Origin: Owenia fusiformis | Taxonomy: Eukaryota | Assembly: GCA_903813345.2 (NCBI GenBank) | Contig: CAIIXF020000001.1 | Coordinates: 44,578,001-44,642,000 of the forward strand | DNA: 64,000 bases | Reading direction: 5' to 3' | In this document: piece after piece, positions 38,300-49,794 of the stretch | Numbering within the stretch: position 1 is the first letter of the stretch | Layout of the letters: each line of letters begins with the position of its first letter | Made by a program: the position numbers and the translations under genes | Notes under the pieces: model-generated | Databases searched by the model: none | Told to the model about the DNA's origin: nothing | The model's input: only the letters and a program-made list of their open reading frames with translations

Positions 38300-38883
38300 C
38301 TTGAAAAAAGAAAAGTAGTACAAATTTACGACATCTAAACGAAAAACAAAAAATGGCGCCAAATTCAAATCCAGATAACCCTGCGATAACTTGAAGATGA
38401 CTTACAAAATGTAGTTCTCAGTTTATGAGTTTCAATCGATACTACAAGAACGTAAAGAGATAATTGTCCAGTTGTTCTGATATGTAGCTTAGCCTAAATC
38501 ATGCAAGTTCCTAATGTAGGCTAACATTCCCCATGGTCATGGTTAACTGTCTCTAAAGACTTTGGGACTGAGAGAGCTTTTGTTGACCCCAGGGATAATT
38601 TTTTGTACGGAGGTGTACATGGTCACCTACCGTTGAGATTCAAGATATCCTCCCACAAAAAATGTATGAATAAACTATCAACTTCAGCATAAGAAGTGTA
38701 AATTCAGTTCAAAGCTTCAAAAAGGGGAAATTCACTTTTAGATTTTAGATCCACCATGAAATAAATAAAAATACTAGATGTAAATCTTGATGATATCCAA
38801 ACTTAGATATATTTTGGCACTGGTCCATGGCCGTTGAATGGACTAAACTAAACTCTGCACTAATTGAACGCACCTTATAAGTT

Positions 38884-39954
38884 AATTATCCCAAAGGACG
38901 AAGTTCGGTAGGGATATAGTGAAGCCATCCATCCGTCCGTCAGTCCGTCGGTCCGTCTGTCCGTCAGTCCGTCCGTCCGGAAGATAACTCGAATACTAGT
39001 AGACGGATTTTCTTCATATTTGGAAGAAAGATGTATATTGGTGAATAGTTGTACACAACAAAAAAATCCAAGATGGCCGCCGCTTTTAACATGGCGGGAA
39101 TTTTTCGTTTTAAGTTTTTCATCTTAAACCAAATATGTTTGAAATTAGGTGGTATATTCACAACATCCATCTATTTCATATATTCCGAGTTTTTTTTACC
39201 ATGACACCCAGGGGCCGTGTATGGGGGGGGGGGAGGGTAGTCGGGAAATGGGAATTTGCGTTAATTTTCAGATCTTTCTAAAGTATAGCTTAATTATACT
39301 CAAATGAAAGGCAATTTTGAGTAGATTACAAATATTGTATCGGTTTTGTAATTTTGGCCTCTTAAAATTCAAAATGGCCGCCTTTCGAAGTAATTTTCTG
39401 ATCCCTTTAAAGTATGGCTATATACTCAAATTGAAGGAAGTATAATGTAGATCATAACTATAACACTGTGAGTGGGATTGTATGGTATTGTCTTTCTGAT
39501 TTGTGCCTCAGAAAATTTAAAATGGCTGTCAACAGGAATGTGCGTTAATTTTGAGATCTTTCTGAAGTATAGCTTTATTATACTCAATTGAAAGGCAATT
39601 TAGAGTAGATTGCAAATATTTCTTTGGTTTTGTAATTTGGGCCTCGTAAAAATCAAAATGTGTAATTTCGCAATAATTTTCTGATCTCTTCAAAGTAATT
39701 GCTATATTATTCTCAATTTGAACGAAAAGGGCAGATCACTATTTTGGTATTGTTTTCCTGATTTGCGCCTCGGAAAATTTAAATTGTCTTTATTATTTGT
39801 GCCTTGAAATGGTCACCCATATGCTTTTAAAATTGATAGAAATCTGATATATCTCTAATGTTTCCAATATTTATATTTTTTGTGACACATACAAATTCAT
39901 ATACGGTATGTTATAGTGTTTGTTGCTACTCCGTGGAGTTGCCGTTTTCTAGTT
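38884..39954 (-). mobile_element. Second copy of the same Helentron-like family, with an internally duplicated subunit of about 290 bp
   Basis: Reverse complement of the 31098-31870 ends (ATTATCCC..GAAGTTCGGTAGGGATATAGTGAAGCC; TTGCTACTCCGTGGAGTTGCC..TCTAGT); (CCGT)n microsatellite. Confidence 0.75.
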
Positions 39955-40453
39955 TAATTTGGTTAATCATATTAATAAATAATAAATGCCAATAAATGGC
40001 GACACTATATGCTGAATAGTAGTCTATTTGGTGAGTGCGAATATTGAAAACTAATTACCTTGTTTTTTCCTATCTGGGTCGGTCACCCATTCACCTGTGT
40101 CTCAAAGTGTAGTATTACGCAAAGCTCCAAGAAAACAGTACAGGGCAATATTAACCGGAATGGAAAGGTCGCCAAATCTAAAGCATTTCTTGAACTTGTA
40201 CTTTGTATTGTGTAATATAGTAGTTTGCATGAACCATTTGAATATAAGGAGAGTGAGAATCCAATGAAATCTTGAATCTAGAAACGTCGAACAAGAAAAG
40301 GGAGCTTCAGTTAAAAGTAGTCATATGGGCAATCATTCCATATGTATGGATTTGGATATATGTAATAAATTATGACAATGGACAGTTGAACACACGAAAT
40401 CAAAATGATCTGACAGACCAAATGCGGTCATAAACAGGAACGTACCAGCAATA

Positions 40454-41452
40454 ATGTCTGTCATTTGTAGACATGATCGAACCCCGAAAGTTGTCAAAAA
40501 TATCATCCACCGGACTATCAAAGACAAAAATGTATTCAATACTCCGACCAAAAATGAAAATCGTAGGCCTAGGAAACTTAGTATTTATTCACCGGCAGTC
40601 AAGCTTCCTCAGATAGAACGTGTAATAAATGTTCTCCAATTTAGTGACATAGAAATCAAGAAATGTTTGGGCTCTGGTGGATTTGGATCAGTCTATGAAG
40701 GATTTATAAAAGGAACACGTGTTGCTGTTAAACGACTTCACGCGGTTACGAAGAACCCAAAGGCTCGGGACGAGAGCTTTAAAGCCGAATTGCATACTAT
40801 CAATCTGAAGCATCCCAATGTTGTACAGACGTTATCTGCAAGTTCCACGGATACATTCATCGTAATGGAATTCGCTGGAGATCGTAATCTTCAACAGATC
40901 ATTAATAATCCGGATGAACATATTAGTGAAAAGGCAATGCTTGCCTACTCGCTGGACCTTGCTAAAGCGATGGAGTTTACACATGAAAACCATATAGTAC
41001 ATCTTGATATCAAACCCGCCAATATCATAGTAACTCCAAAAGGAATATGCAAGCTTTGTGATTTCGGATGTTGTCAGAAGGTCGAGATTGATACTGGTAT
41101 AGTGAGTCCTACAAAAAGGTCCTACCTAACTGGCACTTTCGCATATAGGGCCCCCGAGCTACTTAAAGGAGAGGCCCCCACATTTAAAGCGGATGTATAC
41201 GGCTATGGAATAACATTATGGCAGATCAACTCGAGGGATACTCCATACAGTGGACAGAACCAACACGTTGTGATTTTTGGTGTCGTGTCTTTAAATGTGA
41301 GGCCAAAACCTCCAGTGATTGATCATTCTGCTAGTCCAGTGCAATCGCTTTACCAAGGACTTTACCAGGAATGTTGGGTGGCTAAACCAGAGGAAAGACC
41401 TACATCTAAGGACATTGTTGATACTTTGGAGATTTGGCGGGAATATTATTAA
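40454..41452 (+). CDS. MOS: Mos serine/threonine kinase (MAPKKK of oocyte meiotic maturation), single exon, 332 aa
   Basis: LGSGGFGSVY, VAVK, SFKAEL, HLDIKPANI, DFGCCQK, GTFAYRAPELLKGE, KADVY..GITLWQ: Mos-type signature motifs; intronless CDS as is typical of mos. Confidence 0.95.
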   Translation: MSVICRHDRTPKVVKNIIHRTIKDKNVFNTPTKNENRRPRKLSIYSPAVKLPQIERVINVLQFSDIEIKKCLGSGGFGSVYEGFIKGTRVAVKRLHAVTKNPKARDESFKAELHTINLKHPNVVQTLSASSTDTFIVMEFAGDRNLQQIINNPDEHISEKAMLAYSLDLAKAMEFTHENHIVHLDIKPANIIVTPKGICKLCDFGCCQKVEIDTGIVSPTKRSYLTGTFAYRAPELLKGEAPTFKADVYGYGITLWQINSRDTPYSGQNQHVVIFGVVSLNVRPKPPVIDHSASPVQSLYQGLYQECWVAKPEERPTSKDIVDTLEIWREYY

Positions 41453-41889
41453 CTGTAATTGGAACACCCCTGCCTTTGTTAAAAACTATTTCTTTCATTT
41501 ACTAGCACTCAAAATCTAATATGGCGGTATAGCGCATTTTCATTGAAAAGGCAGTGTACACTGTATAGACCTAATAATGTTTTTATTAATTTATTGTATA
41601 TGTCATATGGTATTTTTAGATTGAACAGTATTGTAAATATGCAATATATTTTTGATATTATTAAATTATAAATTATTATTTAATTCCGTGTTTAATTATT
41701 ATTTAAATTGTTATCTAATTATATCAAAAGAAAAAATGTATCTGGAAGACTCTGAACTGAATCTTGAATTACTTATTATATGTATCAATATTTTCTTTTC
41801 GGGAATTGCGGGTAACTGTCGAGCATTAAATATCTCTTTGCCGAAGCATGCTCTTGCGCTAAATCACTCAAAACTCCAATTTCACAAAT

Positions 41890-42050
41890 CCATGTGAAGT
41901 TGTTTACTTTTCAATGACGTCATTTTTGACACGATGTGGTCTCCTTGACATTCGGATACGTGACGTCATTTGTTAACAAACATTTTGGATCTCTGAACTT
42001 AATTTTCTCTCGAGGAACACAACCAGAAAAAGAGGTCTGGTACATCTAAA
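41890..42050 (+). promoter_or_regulatory. Putative promoter and non-coding first exon of the TAX1BP1-like gene
   Basis: TTGTTTAC (41900-41907), two perfect TGACGTCA palindromes (41915-41922, 41961-41968), donor GTAAGT at 42051, acceptor TTTAG at 42193 upstream of ACCAACATGG. Confidence 0.6.
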
Positions 42051-42260
42051 GTAAGTTTTTGTTACTATAGGAGGCGACTATCTAATTGTTGTATAGATTC
42101 ATTCTTTTTTAAATGTGAAGCAAATTATCAATTAAAGATGTTCAAATGTTGACTCGTCGAGAAGTTTAAAAATGTCTATATTAATTTATTTAGCCTAGCA
42201 CGTTTGAACCCCTTCGATCCCCGACCAGTCCCAGAGACCTGACCCAGTCGTGCTACCAAC

Positions 42261-45200
42261 ATGGCGACGAAATCCCTATCCGACTTTGAGCTGGAGGCTA
42301 TCAGTCCAAGTAAAGACCTTGTGATGTTCGAAGACATTCTAGAACACTATGAGCCAGACCAAGATATATTCGTAATCTATTCTCTTGGTCACTCTTACAC
42401 CGCTAGCTCCAGGGATTGGGTTGGTCTCTTTCCATCTAACTGGACCACCACTAGGGATTATGTTACCTTTGAATGGGCTCCGAAAGTACCGAGAAATGAA
42501 AACTTCAAAGATATAAGAAGTGTTTTATTTCAAGCCAAAAATATTCAGGTATGTCTGAAAGAACTCTGTGCAGATTTAGAGAATTTCTATAGCCCACTCT
42601 TTATCTCATTTTTGCGTAGCATAAATCACAAATGTTTTTAAACAAGGGAACGTATTTAAGGAGAACGATAATAACAATATTTGCTCACAGCATCTTTTGT
42701 CGTGCCAATATTTTGACGTTTGTACATATAAGAACAAAAGGATGTGTATGACGTGTCGATTTAATTTAATTACTTTAAATTGTTTCAAACAAACGAACAA
42801 ACAAACAAACAAACAAACAAACAAACAAACAAATTAGATAAAAACAACCAATCGCCAAATAAACCTGTATTAACAAATTTGAAGGTAGAGTACAATGATT
42901 TCACCAAGTACCAGTTCCTCTATGTGGCTAAAGGAAACATCGTTGTCGGTGTCAGTCCTCAGTTTAAGATCCATCACTGCTATCCTGATGATTCTGCCCT
43001 CTTCACATACGACGACTTCGAAGACTGCACAAAGCTTATATTAAATGATTACCCACCTTCAAAACAAAAATGTAAGTGAAAACAACTAAAATTATTCAAT
43101 GTATTCATTTGGATCCAATGATGAAAATTTCGAACATGTGGCAGATTACTAGTTTAAACTGAGAGACTTTTTAAAATAGCAGTATTTACTCACATCATCT
43201 TTCGTCTAACAATATAACAACTTTTTGTTTTATTTGTATGTTTATGTTGCTAAACAGTGTAGTGCATTTATCAAAATAATATCGATTTTACTTTAATAAT
43301 TTTGTTCTTACATGGGGAATTCTAAATCTGACAGTTTGTCGTCTGACAGTTAGAGCTTTTGAAATAAAAACAAGTTTCATGTACAATTCAATTCACAGGG
43401 TTTCGTGTGCCATCTATCAAAAAATTATGAAAACATAGTGGCCACATGTTATTGTAAACAATGTTAATTGTTAATATTAACATTAAGTTATACTACAATA
43501 TAAGGTAAACTTCTCTTTGCGCCTTTAAGAATGTTATGTCATTGTCTTTGGAGTGTTATATCAATTTTAAAATGAAATAAAACTACTACATGTACATTAC
43601 AGGTAACATAGATCAATTTGAAGTAATTGGTTCAAGTCTTTCTGACACTGGTATTTCAAGTGGAAGCCATAGCAGTGAATTTCTCTCAGTGGACAAATTC
43701 TTCCCTAGCAACTGCAACAGCAGCGCAACCATCCTCTCCAAATCTGATTTCCCAAACATCGACTTTGACGATTATGTACCCGTTAAGAAAGAAAGTAGTG
43801 GTACCATTTTCGGGAACTTATTTGATGACCCAGAACCAAACGATGATATTGCCCCTTCTTCAAAATCAAGCGATTCGGAAACTCTATTCGGTGATCTTTT
43901 CAACGAACATAATAAACCCGAAGAAGGTCTTAAGCGTACGAGAGATGCAAGCACAATGAATGACATAGAAGATTTCGGATTGAAGTCTCTTAAGATCGCC
44001 AAGATGGAGTGCTCTATATTACCTGTAGGCCCCGTTGTAAAGGACTATTATAGTAAGAACGATAATCGAGCAGTCGTTCCCTACACGGATAGATCAATTG
44101 TCGAGTACAAACCTCTATATTCTATTACTAAACAAGACAAATATGACACACAGGTGAGATTATTTGCAATTTAACATGTCCAGGCAATTTTAAGGCCCCT
44201 TTGGGCATTACTGTGCCTTTAAGGCCCTTACTTTTTAATTTTGGTCAAAATCATTTAAAAAAGGGCTAAAAACAAACCCCTAGGCCTATATATTTTTTAT
44301 TATTTGAAATGTGCCTCACTTGTTCGTGTTCAGATTCGTTCCTATCCTGGATATGAAGTAAATGATTTTGCTTAGCAATTAAGATTTAGAGATCTGGTAT
44401 TGCAACGTAGGTGTACACCATCAATTGGGCACGATGTAACTTGACTATGGGCATGTGGTTGCACATTAATATTGGTACATGTTGGGTTTTGTCTATGGGT
44501 ACCTGGTTGCACAATAACATTAGTGCATGTTGGGTTTTGTCTATGGGCACGTGGTTGCACAATAATATTGGTGCATGTTGGGTTTTGTCTATGGGCACGT
44601 GGTTGCACAATAACATTGACACATGTTGGGTTTTGTCTATGGGCACGTGGTTGCACAATAACATTGACACATGTCGAGTTTTATAAGTTCTGTCATTTTA
44701 GGAGTCTGATCTGTTGATGCCAGTTGCAACTACCTACTTTAGAAAAGACAAAGATGATTCTAATCTCCAAGTAAGTGACCGCGAAAACGAGGTAACATAT
44801 CTTCACAAATATAATGTGAACAATACATGATTGACATATGACATGATTTAATTTACTGAATGTAAAGGGGCCCCTGTAAACCGAGCAGGGTCTTTTGAAA
44901 AAAATGAAACACATGCTGCTCCCACACACGACACACAATGAATAAGGATTTTCATTTCAGTTGTTCACTTTATTTCTTAATGTTATACTATGTGATTTCA
45001 TAAAAACCTTCTCTTCAAAGAATGATAGTCGCAACACCAACGAGATGAATGCACTCCAGACTCAACGTGAGTGTCTTCAAGAATTCTTCAAATTATATGA
45101 CAGAGTCCAAGGGCCAGCTAGACCCATATCAGTGCCTCAGTTTTACAAACAGATGATCATCAACGCCAAACCACCAGCTCCAAGGAAACCCAAGAACCAT

Positions 45201-48200
45201 AAAAAGAAGCGCATCTGCAAGGAATGCAGGAAAAGGGTCTCTGAACTGAAGGCTTTGAACAAAAAAACATCTGATCTTGAGAAACAGTTGAGTAAAATAA
45301 AACTTGAAGTCCAAGCTCAAGATGATACATTGAATATAAAGGTAAGTGAATCAATTAGTCAAAATAATAAGTATTTCACCTTACAAATTCCGCAGAAAAT
45401 GATATAACGTTGGAATCCATCAAGTAAGACCACAGCCCATCCTTCAAGATAGGGCATCACTATAATATAATTCACTATCCCAGCTCATAGTCATAAATGT
45501 AAATTAAAATAAGTATCCTTGGACCAAGAGTACACAACAAATCGAGCATAACGTTGCATTTAGACCATACTCGCCAATGAGCTGTCCAAACAAGTGAAGA
45601 ACTTGGTATCAGAAAACGGCAAACTGACAGCGGCAAACGATCGGCTTTACACCAGAAAATCAGACCTACACTACATGGGCCAGGAGAACAGGAAATACCT
45701 GACTGAGTTGGTGAAGGTGAAACAACAACTTGGCCACCTCCAGGACGAGAATCTGAAGCTCCTGCATGAGAATGGGTGGATGGAACATAAACTGAAAATC
45801 TCATTCGAGGAAAAAGAAAGCATTCAAGATTCTTATGTAAGCAAATATTCATATCATTCACACAGTTTTGAATTTATTTAAATGCGTTTACGTGTAATGT
45901 GCTTTTTAGATAGACGAGATCCAGTTGTCAACTTTCTATATATTCACCTACTCTGCATACTGTGATTATTCGTGTTTTACAGTATCAGCTTGAGCAAAAA
46001 TTCTCGTCTCTCAAGGAGACCTATGAAGGCCTAGAGAAACACTTGGACGATATCATGTTTACTCTTTCCAAAAAGGGATTCACGAGATTGATTGACACTG
46101 AAGGTAATTCATATCCAGAGATATCGTCTCTGATTGATTATGTCAATTGAGCCTGGCCATAGGAAAACCGGTCTTTTCTCAAAAATTTGAATTGTGCTAC
46201 AGAGCCAAAAATGTGCTCAGGATTAAAAGGAAAATGTGCTAAATTCAAATCAGACATTTTGGTCTATATATACAAGGAAAAATTGTTGAGACATAAGCCA
46301 TGGCTCATTTGAAATGTCTCTTTGTGCTTTTTAATATTAACAAAAAATCAGAATATTGAAAAAATTTGTGATAAGACCCCTTTTCCTGTGGCCTGGCTCA
46401 ATTATGTTTGTCTTTTGGCAGTTTGATTATCTTATCCCTAGGATGAAGCAAATCATCCTAGTCTTACCATATTTAACAGCATTTGAATGGTATTGTATTA
46501 AGTTTTAGTCTTCCATCCCTCACCAAAATGTATAGTTTTACCGCATATTTAGATCTACCTGCCACACTCCGGGCCAAGTCAAAATATTCGACTGAAATGT
46601 ACAATAGACCCCTTCCTTCACATATCTAAACCATGACATGTTTCTGAAATTACTATGTTTTAAGGAATATTTGCTATTGATCATTAAATAAATGTGAAAA
46701 GTTTACATGTGTTTCAGGCAGAACAGTTGAACTTTGTGGCAGTAAGGGAACACTAATTCAACTGGAAGGCTGGAATCTTGCAGTTAATAAGAAGACAGGT
46801 TATTTATTCATAATTTATAACAACAATAATCACTTTCTATCGAGCTCCATTTGCTAATCCATACTTGGTCTCATTTCCCTCAAGTTCGCATGAGCCTCGT
46901 TATAGTTTACTTATGGAGAGTAAAATTGAGGTTGTTCAAAATAGCACACAGTGCGAGGCAGTAAAAATGTAAGTCTATCAAACTTAAAAATAAGCAATCA
47001 AAGAACCACAGTGCAATGTTGTAGGAAAAGAACATTATCATTTGGATGTAAAACGTTTTTATTAAATTTTAGATTGCTTTTGGTTTAACTAATTTATTTG
47101 AAATATACAAATATATTACATCTAAAATGTTAATTAATGTATTTTTAGAGGATATTGTAAGTTATGATCCTTTGGTTGGACAGACTTACTTTTTTACTGC
47201 CTTCACTGTACTCATGAATTCAAGATGGCGACATAGCGCAAAACGTAGCCATTCATTGAACGCATTTGTGTCGATGTTTCAGTAATACATGTAACCTTTT
47301 TGTCCTTATATGATAAAATACCACACAGTTTCACACTACGATAACACATTTTATGTGATCCAGAAAGGTTCATGTCTCGAATCAGCGAGCTTGAGGAGAA
47401 CGTTGTTGAGTTGAAAGATGATAGGAAGAAGCTCAATAAACTTGTCTCTGAGAAGGAGTTGGAAGTCAAAGAAATACAAATTAACATTAGGGTATGTCAT
47501 CAAGTAGGTTGTAGAAAATCATTTTACAGATATATTACTCCTAGGGGAGTGGTTGTTTTCATAACACATATGCATGAATATCGAGATAATATATGGTACT
47601 ATAGTGGGTCAGGATTTGTGATACAGTAAATGGTGTACCTATTATCATTTCATTATCTACAATACATATTCATAGTAGGCAATAATATTGTGATGTACTT
47701 TATGTTATATTTGGAATAAATGAGAAATGAAAAAAAAAAAAAAAAATACATATTCATATATCTTTCTCATCCTCATAACCAACCGAGACATGGAACTTGG
47801 TGTGAAAACTTAGTTAGTCCAGGGTAATTATAGTCCCACTCATTAATATATGCTGACCTAATTGATAAAAAATTACCCATACGTATGTGCTCAATCGGGG
47901 TCAGTATGGGGCCTTAAGTGAATGTCTTTAGGTTGGGACCATAATTTCCAAAAACCTGTAATAAAAAATGAGAAAACGTGCCGCCATAAGAATTAATTAA
48001 TTTACAGAGTGAGACATTGAGCAGAACAAAACTTCAATCCGAATTGGACAATGCTTCTAACAAACTGACTGAAATATCAAACAAGGAAAGTGCCCTATCC
48101 AAGTTACTGATAGCAGAGAAGAAGCGAAAGGGAGACTTGATAAGGCAACATTTGAGGCGCGAGAACCAGTTGACGGAAAGGATCCAAAGTTTGCAACATG

Positions 48201-49794
48201 CTCTGGAATCTTCTAAACTTCTTATTAAACAAGTAAACCTTCTGCATTACTCTTAAATCTACTTGGGCGATTCGTCCCCCCCCCGGAATGCACTCCGACG
48301 GGATTTTTTATTTCTTCCCATACGAAGTACAATAGGACAGGATAATTACACTAATGAACATGTTTATTCCTTACAGAGGGAGATGAAAAGGTCAAATAAG
48401 CAGACACAGAGTGAAGCTGTTAAGGCAACTGGTGTGTCTGTTCAACGTGAACCACTCGCCAATATGCAGGGTACTACACTCAAATTATATCTTTGTTTAA
48501 AGGATAGGTATCGCTATGGTGAACTGAATCAAACAATGTTTTCTCTTAAACCAATTATTGAAAACATTCTTTAAAAACACGGTCCATTATGTAATGTTGA
48601 CTGATTGACAACAATTTGATGCGAAAATTATTTATATATAGTATAACTGTTTTGTTAACATTTTTTGTTTTTTAATTAGTACAATTGTTTTTTGTTCCTT
48701 TCTACCAATTCTTGGGAATTAAATATTTTTCCGAACCTTGTTGGAACAAAATTGCAATTAGACGTCTCAATATTATAGTTAAATGCAAAGGAAATTTTGG
48801 TTCCGAACATATGATACCAAGAACAAAAGAAGTGCCTGATGTGTTTTCTAAAACAATATAAACTATATAAAGTATATTTTTCAAATTATATTGTCACCAT
48901 TCAAATGATGACCATTAAATTGACGATTTGTAAAATGCTACGAATTTTTTGATGACTGGTTTAAGAGAAACGTGTGTTCAAAAAGTTCACCATATCGATA
49001 CTAATCCTTTGTACTTTATTCAATCAATTCATCGTTTGATTTGGATTTATAAATTCTAATTTAAGATATGATTTACAAATGTCATGCAAAGAAATACACA
49101 GTATGTACAGTAGTTCTAGATATGTACAGTAGTTCCAATTGTCATCTTAGCGACATACAAACGTCTAGATTGCAGCAAATTTTCACAGACAGTATCAATT
49201 CTAAATGTATTGTTTCGTTCAGTGGCCCTCCGTGTACCAACAGCTGTTGATATCTTCCGGAAAGGAGAGGAAGGACCACTTGTCCCTGAGCCACCAGTAA
49301 CGTGTTGGGCAGACGCATGTGACCAACACAACAACAATGTCACTTCTGCATCGTGCGTCATTGAAATCCCCGAAGACGAGGACGAAGCTGATGACAATGT
49401 TAAGAGTATTGACAGTACTGCTGCCTCCCTTGCTGCGTCCATTGTGCAAGCCGTTACCACCAGCGCATTGGAGAAATCAACTGCTGTTGCCAAAGGGGTA
49501 TCACAGGCGATCTTTGGAAATGGGGGAGCCAAGCCTAAGGCAGTCCATAGACGACCATTCTTTAGAACATACACGGGGCATAAGTCTTGCATTGGAAGAG
49601 GAAACTCTACCAGCCATTCCCCAAAGTACATAAAACCAGGACAGGCGTCCCGTGTTATCACTACCCAAGTGAAACCCATGGGCGCTGGAATTAAAAAGGA
49701 AAAATGTCCCCATTGCTGTGTCGTATTTCCACTGAATTTCGAACAGTCCAAGATTGATCAACATATTGAAATGCATGAGAAATACACATGTTGA
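42261..49794 (+). CDS. TAX1BP1: TAX1BP1/CALCOCO-family selective autophagy receptor (SKICH + coiled coil + C-terminal UBZ-type zinc finger), about 946 aa, 11 coding exons
   Basis: Exons 42261-42548, 42885-43071, 43603-44153, 45021-45341, 45564-45836, 45983-46103, 46718-46798, 47364-47491, 48008-48232, 48377-48470, 49223-49794; phases compatible, 2841 nt open. SKICH motifs SSRDWVGLF..NW.TTRDYVTFEW, VLFQA, YQFLYV...GVSPQF; heptad-rich middle; CPHC-x14-HIEMH finger. The symbol denotes family homology (TAX1BP1/CALCOCO1/CALCOCO2), not proven 1:1 orthology. The exon 2 acceptor is weak (42885 or 42891). Confidence 0.85.
42785..42832. repeat. (AAAC)n microsatellite
   Basis: About 12 near-perfect units in the intron before coding exon 2 of the TAX1BP1-like gene. 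Confidence 0.9.
44446..44675. repeat. 48-bp minisatellite (about 5 units) in an intron of the TAX1BP1-like gene
   Basis: TATGGGCACGTGGTTGCACAATAACATTGACACATGTTGGGTTTTGTC repeated; explains four overlapping ORFs with 16-aa periodicity. Confidence 0.92.
46149..46399. mobile_element. MITE with GAG termini and AATT target duplication (Sola-like)
   Basis: AATT|GAGCCTGGCCATAGGAAAA ... TTTTCCTGTGGCCTGGCTC|AATT. Confidence 0.75.

Noticed and set aside
44372..44717. Four overlapping repetitive ORFs; superficial CRISPR-like periodicity
   Set aside because: A 48-bp intronic minisatellite without unique spacers, in a eukaryotic intron.
49116..49751. 211-aa minus-strand ORF
   Set aside because: Antisense shadow of the last TAX1BP1-like exon; no recognisable motifs.
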